Source of the DNA: Chiloscyllium plagiosum | Lineage: Eukaryota | Direction of reading: 5' to 3' | Assembly (NCBI RefSeq): GCF_004010195.1 | Contig: NC_057718.1 | Location: 51,231,941 to 51,295,940, forward strand | DNA length: 64,000 bases | Shown here: positions 1 through 13,650 of the stretch, piece after piece | Layout of the letters: every line of letters starts with the position of its first letter | Numbering within the stretch: position 1 is the first letter of the stretch | Position numbers and translations under genes: made by a program | The notes under the pieces: generated by a model | Told to the model about the DNA's origin: nothing | What the model saw: only the letters and a program-made list of their open reading frames with translations | Database searches by the model: none

Positions 1-1407
1 ACTACTTGCTTCATACAAATTTTAGTAATTGGGTTGGGTTTGAAAGGTGATATATTTCTTAGCAGCTCAAAGGCATCATGAACCTGTGGAAGCCATGACT
101 TGGATCCATGTAAAAATCTAAATTCACAAGTTGCTGATTTCAAAAGTCACAGTGAAGTACTATATCATGATGCATACATGTTTTGATATACTTATGGATG
201 GTAGAACTTTGGTTTGAAAAGATTAATTACCATTACCTTGAACAACTTCGTGAAAATGGAAAAGTCTTTAGATGTATTAGTGCACTTATTCCACTGGATA
301 AAACTCTAGTCTGGATTGCACAATGGTGACATTCAGGTTTCATTGCATGAAATATTTCCTTTGAAATTCAATTCACTCATCTGCTTCATGTTTTCAATTT
401 TTTAATAGATTTCTCAACCTCTGACTTGCCTTCAAAGCATTAATGTATTCAGTTCTAGAGGTTTCAATGTCACAATTCAATTAAATCTCTTTACAAATGC
501 TTTCCCAGTTTTTAAATCCACATGTGGATCCGACTCATCAAGACTTGTTGTCACAGCTTAGCTACTTTGACAGATGTATGAACTTTTAAAAGATAATGTA
601 TTTAAATGTATTTTAAGTACTGTTTGTACATTTTATTAAATTTATTAATTTCTCAGAAACACCATATTGCTTTATAGGGTTCAAGGGTTCAAGCGTTCAG
701 ATTAGATTGGATGAGTTGGCTGGAGGACAGGGGAAGTATAGTGATAACGATAGTAGTAGGGATAGGGTGTGAGGAACTTGGGTGAATGATGAGAGGTTGA
801 AGATTGATGGTTAGGGGTGGAGCAGATTATGCACATGTACAAAACTGGACCAACATGTCAGAAAACTGAGGCAGGCCTTTTAAACAAGTAACTTGCATCT
901 CAGACCTGCTTTAAGAAGTCTAACTCTACTCCACCCTCAACTCCTTACAATGAAATATTGTGGATGGGAACTTGCATTCAGAAGACAGGGTTGAAAGGAT
1001 AGGAAATCCCTTGACTCCCATTGCCATCTCCAAGATGAAAATCTAACCCCAGGTCTGCTAAATGGCATTCAAAGTTTTTACCAGTGGTGCAGAAAGTTAG
1101 AAGGCTGGAATGACATGACAAATGTCAACATATCAATTATAGTCTTTTATTTTGACACGGTTGAGCAAGCCTGTGGATGAGCAAAGTTTTGTTAGAGCAT
1201 AAAGGTTAGCAGAGCCAGAACATAAATCCATGCTGCCTTGTTAATGCATTTTTCATTAGACACCAAACTCAGTGTTACCTGCAGTGAACAAGCAAGATTA
1301 AAACATTTTTTTTAAAGTAATGGATCTTTTCTGCTCCACTAAAACTAACTCTTTACACCATCACTACATATTTTGTAGTGAAAAACAAACAGGAGCATTA
1401 CCTTTGT

Positions 1408-1642
1408 TGTAGTGATTGTAACAAGGTCATCCAACTAGACATCAAAGAATACGAGTTCCCTGATTGAGGCTGTCAATCTGGGCCAACCAGGGAGCCTCGG
1501 CTGACAGATAAGAAGAGGAGTGTCAGCGATACTGGCACACTGAGAACTGGCTCTGAATGAGGCAATACAAGAATCAAGGACTGTTCGTGTGTAAATAAAG
1601 GTGTCTTGGTGATGCAATACCGGCCTCTGTGGAGTTAATGCA
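1408..1642 (+). mobile_element. Solo LTR (family X, Gypsy-like)
   Basis: TG...CA ends (tgtagtgattgtaac...ggagttaatgca) and internal AATAAA; homologous to the split LTR at 48128-48956. Confidence 0.65.
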
Positions 1643-2571
1643 GTTGGTCTTTCACAATTTATTGTTTATACTTTAACTACCTTCAACCAAATGATGACAT
1701 AAAATGTCTTCTAAGAATAAATGAAGGAAAATGTCAATTAAGTTAAATAACTGCAAAATAATTACAATTTAATATTAATGATTAGAATGATTATAGGAGC
1801 AATCTTCCCAGCCTTTTTTTTCCCTCTGCAATCGATGTACTATTATCTCTATTGGTAACCTTACTTCAAGCTGTCATGTAATGAGTTTTATTGTTTATCA
1901 CTGATGCTGAAAATTGATGTACTGTCATGATTTATTACACTTGGCAAAGACTGGTAAACATCAATATTTATTCATTTTATTTTCAATTGAAATAATATAA
2001 AATTCTACTAACCTACTTTGGGATGAGAACAGTTATTGAAAATGGCAAAGTTGGCATCATGTTAGCAAATCTCAACAAAATGTTGACTGACATGGCTTCC
2101 CATGTTAGAGTCCATCTGTATTTTAAAATTGCAGAGTAGTAATGCCATCAGAGGCTATTTTTGGATCACTGTTATCTATATTTTTCTTTACTATTTTTAA
2201 TTTTCATCCAACCATGATTCTGTGGACAAACTTCACAAATAAGTAAATAAACAATTTGTTCCCAGTCCAAATAATCTAACTGATTAAAAGTGTGCAGGAT
2301 GAAAATATAATAAGTTTTTTTCCTTAAATATTTCCTACTTTTTATAAACAAGTTAGTAAAATTTTCAATATTATGAGAACAACTGATTATGGTAAAAGGA
2401 GTTAGTCACAAATCATGCCACAGTTATATCAACACATTTGTAGAATTTAGTAATGTACAATTTAAATGCAATCTAAGATTTTTGGGAACTGTTATTAAAA
2501 TATATTTTTAAAAATTACTGATATCAAAAACTACCCAAGTATATACAAGGCAGGTAGTGACAATTTGGACA

Positions 2572-2738
2572 TACTGAGAACTGCAGATGCTGGAGAGTCA
2601 GAGTGCATAAAAAGTGGATTTGGAAAAAGGACAGCAGGTCAAGCAGGGCCTGATGAAAGGTTCCAACCTGATATGACAACTTCCCTTCTCCTCTGATGCT
2701 GCTTGACCTGCTGTGCTTTTTACTGCTCCACTCATTAT
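2572..2738. mobile_element. Old Penelope-like fold-back remnant
   Basis: ctgcagatgctggag...cagcaggtcaagcag followed by inverted ctgatgaaagg...gatgctgcttgacctgctgtgc. Confidence 0.65.
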
Positions 2739-3540
2739 CCCTCAGGGATGAACAATCCAGAGTTATCAAGATATTTCCACAGTGGTCTAAATTTATCAAC
2801 ATGTTTTGCACAGTTCTGAGTGTAGGTGAAGGTGTACAGTGAAATGTGCTTGAAAAGCTAACAGAAAAGTATTTGTATATATTTATTTATACCATAGTTT
2901 TTCAAACATTAAGATTTGAAGTGTTATTATAAGTCATATTTCAAATGTGATTTATTGACAGTCAAGCATAAAAAAGGGCTATTAGAGTTAACACTGAAAG
3001 CCCTACCAGTAGATCTGCAAATTTCAGGGCAGCGTGAAAAGAGCCACGTTTTTACCTTACAATATTGCTCATGTGAATGGGTTCTCTACAGTGACAATAA
3101 TTTTGAAAATCTATTGATTCCTTGCTGGGCTGACTATGTACATGTGTAAATTTTCACAAGAGTGTCAGAAGTTACTCAGTATTAGGAACATCATAAGGAA
3201 AAAAAAATGTGGTTAAGGAATTTGCATGAGCCAAGGTTGCCAGATAGGTATCAAGAGTGAGAATTCTGATTAGTTTTCTTGCTTCCCTAATAATGGATCT
3301 GGCCATTCACTGTTCTTTCATTGCTAAAAAGATGCGATTAAAAGAATACATTTGCATGAAGGTGTTTTGCCTGACAGATCTATTATTGTGTACTTTCAAT
3401 TTGGTGGCAGCATACATTTATACATCTCTCACAAATGCACAAATACATGCACTTGCTTGGCTTTAAGGTAATTGCCAGGATAATTCAACTTGCAGAAACT
3501 ATAATAAGGTTGCCTGACTTCACCTTGCTTCTTTTGCAGA

Positions 3541-3848
3541 TCATTGTAAATCAATGCCCTTTAAGAGCTGGAACAGTTTCTTCCTGTCTGTTTGAATCAG
3601 CCCGCTCATGATTTTGAAAACCTCTATCAAATTTCCTCTTAGCCTTCTTCTCTCTAAGGAAAATAGTCCCAACTTCTTTAATCTATCCTCAGAACAGAAG
3701 TTCCTCATTCCTGGAGCTATGCTTGTAAACCGCTTCTGCACTTACTCCAATGTGTTCACGTCCTTCCTACAATGTGGTGCCCAGAACTGTACACAATACT
3801 CAAGCTGAGGTCCAACCAGTGTCCTATACAAGTTGAACATTACATCCT
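3541..3848 (-). mobile_element. CR1 LINE ORF2 C-terminal fragment
   Basis: Translates QKRFTSIAPGMRNFCSEDRLKKLGLFSLERRRLRGNLIEVFKIM. Confidence 0.85.
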
Positions 3849-4907
3849 GAAGAATCCTGACTGAGTTATGCAGAGATAAAAGTATGAAGTGTAAATTTCA
3901 ATATTTAATCCAATTTAAAATTGTGTATCAGATGTAAGATAAGGGCAGACAAACACAAATTGAATTAAGAAAGAGATGTAAAAGAAGAGAAAAACACAAG
4001 TAGCCATTTGTAGTTCAATAAAATCAGCAAATATAATTAAAATCTCAGGAGTTCAGACTTGAAACTTGTAAAAGAACATTTTCAGTATCAAAGAGGATAT
4101 TAGATGATAAAGACTATTTTTTTCAAATCACGTACTTAAGTGGACAGGTCCTAAGTTGCTGGTGCATTTAGAAGGAAGTACTGTAATCTCTTACTGCTAT
4201 TTGTAGAAATGCTGAGTTTCTTGTTGAGGCACTGTTGTGACAAAACTTACAAAGGAGCAAGAGAATGTAATCAGTAACCTCTCGACTTCTATTTATAATT
4301 GCACATGGTGTGAGAAGTTGCCGGATCATTTACTCCTTGACAATATTATATTCTTACTGCAAACATTTTTAAATTCTTGTAAATGGAAGATTAAAACTAT
4401 TTTTAGACAAGCTATAAAAAAGTTAACAAATGAAGAAAACCAACTAAGTATGACTAAATTAACATTCAAATTTCAACTCAAATTTCTCTGTTGCTAATTT
4501 CTACAAAATATTAAAAAGTAAACAATTGCTGTAATGTATTGCTGCATCACAATGTATCCTGGCTATTATAGCAAAATGTAGGTGACAGAGTTATGTTTTA
4601 TTACATGCTCCTTCCATAGTTGTGTTGATGAATGGAGGGTTCCATCCACGTTTCCAATTTAACTAGTTTATCATCTATAAGAGCCATTTGTCATCAAGAT
4701 GGCTGCCATGCTTGTTGACTAAATAGCAGTGACTGTGGAAAAAGATTTTAACTCACTCAGAGCTAGCCACTCACACAAAGTTAAAACTGGGCACGGTGTA
4801 TAAAAATAATTGAACCTCTATGAATAACTTTGGGATGTCCTTAGTATGTAAGAGGTACACATAAGGCCATGTCACTGAGTTTTCGTAACATATTGTCAAT
4901 AGAGGGA

Positions 4908-5525
4908 GGGCTGGAATAAGTAGCAATGGGACACAGTAGGAATGGAACTCAAGTCTTCCTGTCCCTGCGGTGATGCCAAATTATCAGTGGTGGGTATGCT
5001 GGGGACTTGGCCACCCCCTGGGATAGCTGATTGCGGCATGTCATTGGTAATTTAAGGGTCACTTATCATAATCAGCAGACATTCTACCCATATTGGACGG
5101 CATCTGACATGTGGAAAGACTGCTGAGTAAATTGTTGTGGTCTGCCTGTGGGCTCAAGGAAGGTACTCAATAACATGCTGGTACTCAGTCAGACTCCCTT
5201 TTATCCCTGGGCACCGTAGCCTACATGTGAGGCTTGACATCCCCCAACCATACTGAACAGCTTGCCTAGCCACTGGGGTGCCCTTTCCTAGGAGCTGCTG
5301 ACTCAGCAATGACAACTACTAGCAGCAGCATATCTGAGACTGCTGAACTTTCTGATTGATTTGGCTGATCTTGCAGGCTTGTCATTGTTCTTAATTGGAC
5401 AGTAGCTTCAGTGTCAGCCTCATAACTGGCTACAACCAACAGTACTCCAGCTCATGTCCTGCCAGCAAATTATGTGAATTTAGCTTCCCATTTTCATCCT
5501 TTGCAGTGACTGTACAATTTAGTAC
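4908..5525. mobile_element. Degenerate non-autonomous DNA transposon (Harbinger-like MITE?)
   Basis: GC-raised block with decayed gggctggaat.../...tgtacaatttag termini; similar blocks at about 16790-17420 and 20830-21895. Confidence 0.3.
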
Positions 5526-6883
5526 TTTAACTCAGATTTATTTCATGTGAGTAAAAATTACTGATGGATAGGGACAGCACTTAAAAATCAGTATTATTAG
5601 TATAACATTTGATGCTGAAAGTACTTTCTTTTACATTTACTTAAATTTAATTTAAAACCTGGACTTACAACTAACTGTTATTAAAAAAAGATACTGACTT
5701 AGTGTTCCTTTTCAGTTCTTGTCTGATTTGTTATCTATTTTCTTTTATGTTGGACTTTAACATAATTGCTCACTTCCACGACAAAGTTAAGATGTCAGGC
5801 AATAGAAATTCCTTGCTCAGCAGTCAACATTCTAGCATGTTTGTCTGTAAGCTAAAAGAGTTGCCTGTGAAATTCATAAATGTCAAGGCAGGTTCCCATG
5901 AATGGAATAATAGTCATGGAAATCAATTACTATATTGAAGACTTTCATGGCCTATTCCATAAGCCTTCAGAAAAAAAATGGCAAAATGTGTAACAACTGT
6001 TGATTGGTTGGAAAAAATCAATCACTTAGATGGAGATTTTCATAGACCAAGCCATAGCTCTCTGAAGAACAAGAGGGAATGTGAGCATGAAAAGAAGGAC
6101 TTGTATATGCACATTGATTATTAAAGCATTGGTATAAATTTACATTTGAAAGGTTAGACGTACAATTTAATACTGCAAGTGATTTCATGCAGCAACATAG
6201 CTATGTTGAAGTATTAACAGAACATGGCTGTAATAAATCACATCATAGACACTACTGTTACAAATTTAAAGACTTATTCTGTGCTTTTTATATTCACAAC
6301 AAGCTTGCTTTGATATTGCACATAAAACCGAGCAAAAAGATAAAACATTCCTTTATTTTAGCAATGTGAATGTCAGTTGGAAGTTGTTAAAATTTGCTAA
6401 CATTTAAAAGTACATTTCAGTTTGATTTGAAGGTTACTTTTGGTAAGAGGATACTATTTCCAAAGAAAATGGTGTGGGGATTTAAAAGAATAACAGTGGG
6501 TATCTAATTTCTGAACGCATGTTTTTAATCAATAAAGGATCAACTTAAAATATTGCTACTGCCTCAGCCTAACGTTCAAAAAAACTACAAATGGAAAGGT
6601 TATAGTGTAGATAGTAATCAGCAATGCTGACTGTTAAATGTATCAAAATAAAATGCTAATGTTATTTTTTCAAAGAATCGATTTAGAAAGAGAAGGATCA
6701 TTAAAAAATGGGATGAAAAGAATTCTTGCTGATAAAAATAATTGTGTCATTTTGATGAGAAGCTGCAAATTATTAATTGCAACTGATGTATCCAAAATAT
6801 CATACTTGATTATTATATTTCTAAGTAGATAAATAGATTCATGTGAAAATTCTTTACTGGCAAATAGTCTTCTTACAATATCA

Positions 6884-7002
6884 CTGCCCTAATGGTGCAG
6901 TGTGGTGTCCCTACCTCTGAACCAGGAGACTCTGGTTCAAGTCCCACCTGCTCCAGAAATGTGTAATAACATCTCTGAATAAGTCGACTTGGAAAATATC
7001 TC
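6884..7002 (+). mobile_element. Short tRNA-derived SINE
   Basis: A-box-like tggtgcagtgtgg, B-box ggttcaagtccc, short tail. Confidence 0.6.
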
Positions 7003-7149
7003 CTTTTATAACACTGCTGTAATGTCCCAGACTCCAAGTGACATGAGCAATGACAAATCAATTGGTAGAGTATTCAGTAAAGAGATTCAAGACAAAAAGT
7101 CCAAATTTAGAGCCAAGGTTTGAAAGTCAAGATGAGAAACGTATACGTG

Positions 7150-8950
7150 AGTCCAGAGAGACCTATTTGCGTGTTGTTACATCTCATTAAGTGCATCTCA
7201 CTTACATGCAACCCTCACACACAATGGAGAGAAACAAGATGGTGACAATTCCCCACATGCAAGTTACCATGAAAGTTGCCTCCAGCTCCTCCACACCTTC
7301 ACCTTGGACAGCAGTCCCTAACAGCCCAGGGTACTCAGCACAGGCAGTGACCACCCACACCTACCAACTTCAGAGGCTGGCATTAGTACATATCAGCCTC
7401 ACCATATAATCACGGCAAATTTCAGACTCACTTGGAATGCAGTTCATCATTTTGATAATGCAAGGCTATTGTCTGGCTGCTTTGTGCGTAACAACAGGTA
7501 CCAATCTCAGCATCAGAACAGGGTGCAGCTCAGGGCTCTGAGCTTGCTATTTTAATGCTCGCTCACTTCATGCATTCTTGGTTCCAGACAGCATCTCTTC
7601 CTTGACTTGCCTTTTTGCGCTTTGCTGCCTCATTCAGAACTTAAATACTCACAATAATTCACTCTTCCATTGCCTTTTATCACAGACACCAAGTCAGGCA
7701 GCTTGTCATGGTTGCCAGCAATGATCAGTCAACAGAGTGGACTTGTTGCTGCATGGTTATGTTTTCATGTGCTTCAGGCAAGGGTGACTGTTGTTAAGGG
7801 CAATATCCAATCTCAGTACAAGGACTTGGACTTGGACAGTCAGCTGCTTGGATGGTTATGGTCAGGGGTTCCATATCACCACAGTCCAAGAAGTGGGCTA
7901 CATTCAGTTCTGCAGACCCAGTGCAACTAGTCCAGAGATAAACGAGACTCAGTTAAGAACCTAAAAAAAAATCAGTCAGGGGTCCAGTCAGTAAACACTT
8001 GGCAACTATCCTTGCAAGTCAGTGAGAAGGTTGGATTGTGGTTAGACCTGGTGTCTGCTTACTGAAAGTCAAAGGGAATATTATCAGGGGCCAAAGATGT
8101 TTGGGGATGTGAAGTTTGATTGTGCAAGGCAGCATGCTAAGATGATAATTAAAATCAATTTGGAAAGATGGAATGTAAAGAATTTGTAGTAACACAAGAT
8201 TTTTGGCTCATTCTGTTGAGAAGCTGTAAATTGTTAATTGCAGATGATATATCTAAAATATCCTCCTTGATGATTATACTTCTACAAATAGATTGACAAA
8301 TAGATTCCAGGTGAAAGTGACTGATAAATCGCAGTGTTGCTGTATAGCCACATGCCACAACAATATCACACCTTCAGAACAGCAGCAACACTTTATGTGC
8401 TTCAGGCACCACACTGGCTAAGATGGAGATGGGACAATAATTGTGAAGGGATATAACTCAGCAAGTAGAGGTCAGGGACAATAGAGCACATGGGTTACTA
8501 TGGTTAGAGGCTTCATCGATGGTCACCACCACCTGCTTCATTTGGGGAATGGTGCAGTACGGTGGTTGGCATCATTATGCCAGAGGGCCAGACAAATGAG
8601 AAAAAAAGTTGAGTGAGAATATATGGAAGCACAAACTTGATTGTACCTATGGACCATATGATAGGTCTCCTAAAGCTAATGCTTAATTTGGTCTGGGTGA
8701 GCTTTGCAGTAAAGACTAGTGAGAATGTGCCACACTATCCTTGCAAGCTGTACCTTACAGAGCTGCAGTAGTTAGGAAGTAGATGTGGTGGATGCTAAAG
8801 AGGTGGCATTGGGCAGTAGTCTTCCAAGGAGGAAAACGATGATATTGTCATTGTGCAATAAGAGCATCATCTTCAGTATGATAGAATGGTGCAGCATTGG
8901 GTGCAACAAGACAGTCAGGATTTAATTGATTTCAACAGATATATGTCAGG
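7150..8950 (+). mobile_element. Degenerate PIF/Harbinger transposase relic
   Basis: 8658-8765 reads IGLLKL/CLIWSG*ALQ*RLVRMCHTILASCTLQ, resembling the HARBI1-type IGLLKxRFRCLDRSGGALQYxPxRVxxIIxACCxLHN; outer limits uncertain. Confidence 0.5.
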
Positions 8951-10371
8951 TGAAGTAATCATTTATTAACTGTAAAATGTATTGCTTCTCATGTTTGTTT
9001 TCAAAAACCAAAGCAAATTTGTTTTGTTTGATTCCTTTTTCTTTGCTTTTCCTGTTGTTCATGAAAGTTAAAATTACTTTCCAACATGAGATGTCCCCCT
9101 ATTGACTAATGACAAGATGTTATTCCATCCTGTAAAAGTGTTGCACTTCGTTAGACAGGGTTCTAGCACAGTTGGTACTAAGGATGGGTAGACTTTGTAG
9201 CTTCATTCTTGTAGCTGCCGTTACAATGATTGTCAGAGATTGAGTGTAGTGAAGGCAGCATTATTCAAGGAGGGTGGTAGGGATAAAGCAGGGTACAGCT
9301 TTGAATCTAATGTTGGTGGGAGGGAAACTGTTGGAAAACATTCTGAGGGACAGAATTAATCTCCATTTGGAGAGGCAAAGATTAACCAAGAATAGTCAGC
9401 CTGACTTCGTCAGGAGATCAACATGTATTAGAATTTGCTATTAAAAGATCAATATCTTTCAATAGAACTTATTTATTCACAGATAAGATGTAGCAATCAA
9501 AGAGTGAAATTTAGTCTGTAAAGTTAATTTATCATTGGAAAAAGTTAAATAAATAAAATCTCAGTTTCAAATTTCAAACTTTCAGTTACTAAAGATGTTA
9601 TTATGTGCTTGGCATCTCCAGGCTATTATTTCCTGGCTCACTAATCATCATCATCATCAATTCACTGAAAAGGATAACACTTGCCTCAAAGTGCAGCCCA
9701 TGATAAGAGTTTTGCTTGGAACCTTTTTAATGTATTTCTGCAACTCTCTTTCCATCCTCTGTGGGCATATTGGAAGGACTTGTATATCAACAGTCAACAA
9801 CCTGGCTATATTATGAACACACTTTTCACACTCACCAAGTCCCAGTTGAATCTCAAACCTATCGTTGCTGCCCTAGAGGCAGGGATGCTAACCACATCAA
9901 CCTAGGATCATCACACCCGCTAATCACCCTCATACTTGCTGGCCTACAGTGGTTAACATTGACAGTTTGCATCAAATGTAATATTCTTAACTTCAGATTC
10001 TGTTGTTCTAAATTAGCAATTACCTTATAATGCGTTCTGACTTTTCTCTCGATGGGACACTAGATTTGCACTATTAAATTGGCATTTGTACTTGTTTAAA
10101 ACTGTAGATGTGGTGTTCTCTGAGATGACCAATTCTGGCATCTTGTGGTATTTGCTACTTCTATTAAAGTATGGTCTTGGGATTTCCGATATGGTTCACT
10201 ACAAACAATCCTCCTTTGTCTTGGCTGATACATAATTTCATGATAGAGGATTTACCACCACAGAGCATCTACAGAAGAGTCACTTTTCTCAGATAACAAA
10301 AAGATTTATTGCCTGACAGTAGAAAAGATATTTGGTCAGGGATAATTACTAAGACATTAGGAAGCTGGTAC

Positions 10372-10590
10372 AGTAGTTGGTTAGCTCAGTTTGTAACACA
10401 GAGTGATACCATCAGCGCCACTTCAATTCCCAGATTGGCTGAGGTCACCATGAAGGTCTCACCTTCTTAGCCTCTCCCCTCCCCTGAGGCATGGTGATTC
10501 TCACTTTAAACCATCACCAGTCATCTCTCTCTCTCTCTCTCTAATGACAGAGAGTCATCTGGTCCTCTGGGACTGTGGCAAACTTACTTT
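10372..10590 (+). mobile_element. tRNA-derived SINE with internal (TC)n
   Basis: ggttagctcagtt A-box, ttcaattccc B-box remnant, (TC)n at 10524-10541; flanked by a DeuSINE-like tail fragment. Confidence 0.6.
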
Positions 10591-10902
10591 TATCGTGAGT
10601 TGCTTGAATTTGCAGTACACACATTGGCTGTGTTTGTGATTACCAACCAACACTAATTATATTTTAATTCCGTTTGGAACATCCCGAAGACATGACAATG
10701 CGACATGAATATATGTTATCTCTGTTATCTGACACTACCCCATTTCTTAACTTCCTTCTTCTGTTTTGTCACCTGGAAATCACTTTATGGAGGAGAAAGT
10801 GAGGTCTGCAGATGCTGGAGATCAGAGCTGGAAATGTGTTGCAGCAGGTCAGGCAGCATCCAGGGAACAGGAGAATCGACGTTTCGGGCATAAGCCCTTC
10901 TT

Positions 10903-11283
10903 CAGTCACAAGTAAAATGTGCAAACTCCACTCACACAGTCACCCTGGTGCTGTGAGGCAGCAGTGCTAACCACTGAGCCACCCTGCCTCCCATAATAAT
11001 TGCAAGTTGCTATATTGCCATGCTCATAGAGTTGCTATGTAGTAAATCAGATAATTCCCCCTTTAAATCTGGTAAGGTAGATATCTACAAGTATTCACCG
11101 AAAATACCGGTGCAACTCAGCAGGTCTGGCAGCATCTGTGAAGTGGAGCAGGGTGTCACGGAGGGAACAGTCCCTACAGAATGCTGACAGTGATGGGGGG
11201 ATAAAGATGTTTTTAGCAGTCACATCCTGCTGGAAGTGGTGGACATGGAGAGAATAGATCCTTTGAATATGGTGGCTAGTGGA
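10903..11283 (+). repeat. 381-bp direct duplicate of 11749-12129
   Basis: Alignment by eye at offset 846: 3 substitutions, no indels. Confidence 0.95.
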
Positions 11284-11320
11284 TTCCTGAAGAAGGGCTT
11301 ATGCCCGAAACGTCGATTCT
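11281..11320 (+). ncRNA. Minimal type I hammerhead ribozyme motif (PLE type)
   Basis: CTGAAGA-a-GGGC-ttat-GCCC-GAAAC-GTC with imperfect stem I ggattc/gattct; palindromic ACGT in place of stem III. Confidence 0.65.
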
Positions 11321-11534
11321 CCTGTTCCCTGGATGCTGCCTGACCTGCTGCGCTTTTCCAGCAACACATTTCCAATCACTTTATGGATGTGATTAATTCA
11401 AGACATTTATTTCCACTTTGGAGAAGGTATACATGAGAAAGTTACATGTAACTATCTTGACTACACCTCCCTAGAATTTTGTGTAAGAGATTTCAGTTAG
11501 GATCTGTCATTCGAAAGAAATCCAACAGACTGAC

Positions 11535-11838
11535 AGATTAAATTAGATTAGATTAGATTCCCTAAAGTGTGGAAACAGGCCATTCAGCCCAACCAGTCCA
11601 CATGGAACCTCCGAAGAGTAACCCACCCAGACCCATTTCCCTCTGACTAATGCACCTAGCACTATGGGCAATTTAGCATGGCCAATTCACCTGACTTGCA
11701 CATCTTTGGACTGTGGGAGGAAACCGGAGAACCTGGAGGTAACCCTCGCAGTCACAAGTAAAATGTGCAAACTCCACTCACACAGTCACCCTGGTGCTGT
11801 GAGGCAGCAGTGCTAACCACTGAGCCACCCTGCCTCCC
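11535..11838 (-). mobile_element. HE1 (V-SINE family) SINE, B-box region deleted
   Basis: (attag)n tail, central tggccatgctaaattgccc on the minus strand, tRNA head. Confidence 0.9.
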
Positions 11839-11944
11839 ATAATAATTGCAAGTTACTATATTGCCATGCTCATAGAGTTGCTATGTAGTAAATCAGATAA
11901 TTCCCCCTTTAAATCTGGTAAGGTAGGTATCTACAAGTATTCAC

Positions 11945-12735
11945 CGAAAATACCGGTGCAACTCAGCAGGTCTGGCAGCATCTGTGAAGTGGAGCAGGGT
12001 GTCACGGAGGGAACAGTCCCTACAGAATGCTGACAGTGATGGGGGGATAAAGATGTTTTTAGCAGTCACATTCTGCTGGAAGTGGTGGACATGGAGAGAA
12101 TAGATCCTTTGAATATGGTGGCTAGTGGAATGCAAAATCAGGACACAGAAACCTCCGTGACATCCTAGCCCATTCGTCTACACATTCTCACTCTCCCATG
12201 GCACCTTTGCATGCCTATTCACCTCCTCTTTATTAAAAGCTCCAAACACATCTCCCAGGTGAAGCAGAATTTTAATTGTACTTCTTTCAATCTTGTTTAC
12301 TGTATTCACTGCTCACAGTGCAGTGTCCATCACCAAAAGCAGAGTGGGTGACTATTGTGTTGGACACCTCCACTCTGTTCTTGAGAATAAACCTCACCTT
12401 CCAGATGCTTGCCATTTCAATAAGTCACCTTGCTCTCATGCTAACATTTCTGTCCTGTACCTGCTGTAATGTTCTGCAAGTATAATACTAACTTGAGGAA
12501 GACGACCTCGTTTTCTACTTAGGCACTATACAGTCTCCTACAAAGCCTCCTTTGCCCCTTCTCTACCTCTGTCAAAAGTATATATTAAAAAGCTTCTCAT
12601 CACTTTCACTTCTTAAGAAGGGTCTGATCAGACTCAAAATGTTAACTCTGTTTCTCTCTCCAAAGATGCTGCCAGACCTGCTGAGTTTTCTGTACTTGTT
12701 TCAGATTTCCAGCATCTGCAGTATTTTGGTTTATC
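11945..12735 (+). mobile_element. Older Penelope-like element 3' part with inverted 5' segment and GIY-YIG remnant
   Basis: 12271-12321 encodes FNCTSFNLVYCIHCSQC; minus-strand 11987-12150 encodes IQRIYSLHVHHFQQNVTAKNIFIPPSLSAFCRDCSLRDTL (RT-EN linker); gatgctgccagacctgctgag present in both orientations. Confidence 0.8.
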
Positions 12736-13535
12736 CAAAGTATTCAATTTTTATTATCTGTGTCCTGTTCTGAAGAAGTAAGCTGGGCTTTCAATTACTC
12801 CAATTCTCCTGCTCCAGTTTGTGGTAGAACCTTTATATTTTTCTAGTTATTCACATCAAATAATTTGTTTCAGTAACCCAAAGTAAATAAGCAGAAAGTA
12901 ATACTTCTTCTTTGATTCCAAAATAAACAGGGGACCTCTTCAGTGATTTGAATGAGGTTACTAATTTGTTGACAATTCACATTTAGTTATGGGGATCTGT
13001 ATATTATTTGTCTGTGCTATCAAAGAATGGCAATGTCAGACCACGATGTAATTAGGACAAGCAGAAGAGTGAGAACTTCTACTTCATTATTCTCTGCTGG
13101 ATGGAAAGTCAGCTAGTATTCGCACTCAAATTCAATTGGGTCTCTTGTTAAATGATGCATCTCCAAATTCACAAGAAACTTCTCAAGTTTAATTGATTAA
13201 AAGGATAGACAAATGGACCAGAATTATCAAATTGTGACAAAAAGGAAAGATCAACTTGTGAGCGAAAAAACAAATGAATTGGAACATACTGAAAAGCCAA
13301 CATCTTGTGAATTGCTTATCACCATTAACGCGCAAGTTGACGGGCACACTCAGGGATCAATTTTTGCTTTACTGTTGCCTTTGCAAAAATGGCATTATAC
13401 CTTCAGGAGGTTGATAAACTTTCTAAATTTCCACTTTAATTGTTTATTAAACACAAAAGGTAAATCTACACAAAAATCATGTCTGTATTCTTTAAAAGCT
13501 GTAATAATTGTCAATAAATGCCAATCAATTTAGTT

Positions 13536-13650
13536 ATAGAGTCATACAACACGGTAGGAGACCCTGCGGTCCAACTCTTCCATGCCGACCAAGCTTCCCA
13601 AACTAAATTAGTATTACCTGCCTGCGTTCTGCCTATGTCTCTCTAAACTA
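13536..13650 (-). mobile_element. CR1/HER1 3' UTR fragment
   Basis: atagagtcatac... tail similar to 53663-53790. Confidence 0.65.

Larger units (their letters stand above)
10792..11373. mobile_element. Young Penelope-like fold-back insertion with captured local DNA
   Basis: Inverted arms 10792-10905 and 11284-11373; 14-bp TSD aatcactttatgga at 10778-10791 and 11374-11387. Confidence 0.9.

Noticed and set aside
12076..12100. LHVHHFQ resembling the HHVHHFH of the beta-neurexin-2 first exon
   Set aside because: It lies downstream of the LNS6 exon and belongs to the Penelope RT-EN linker
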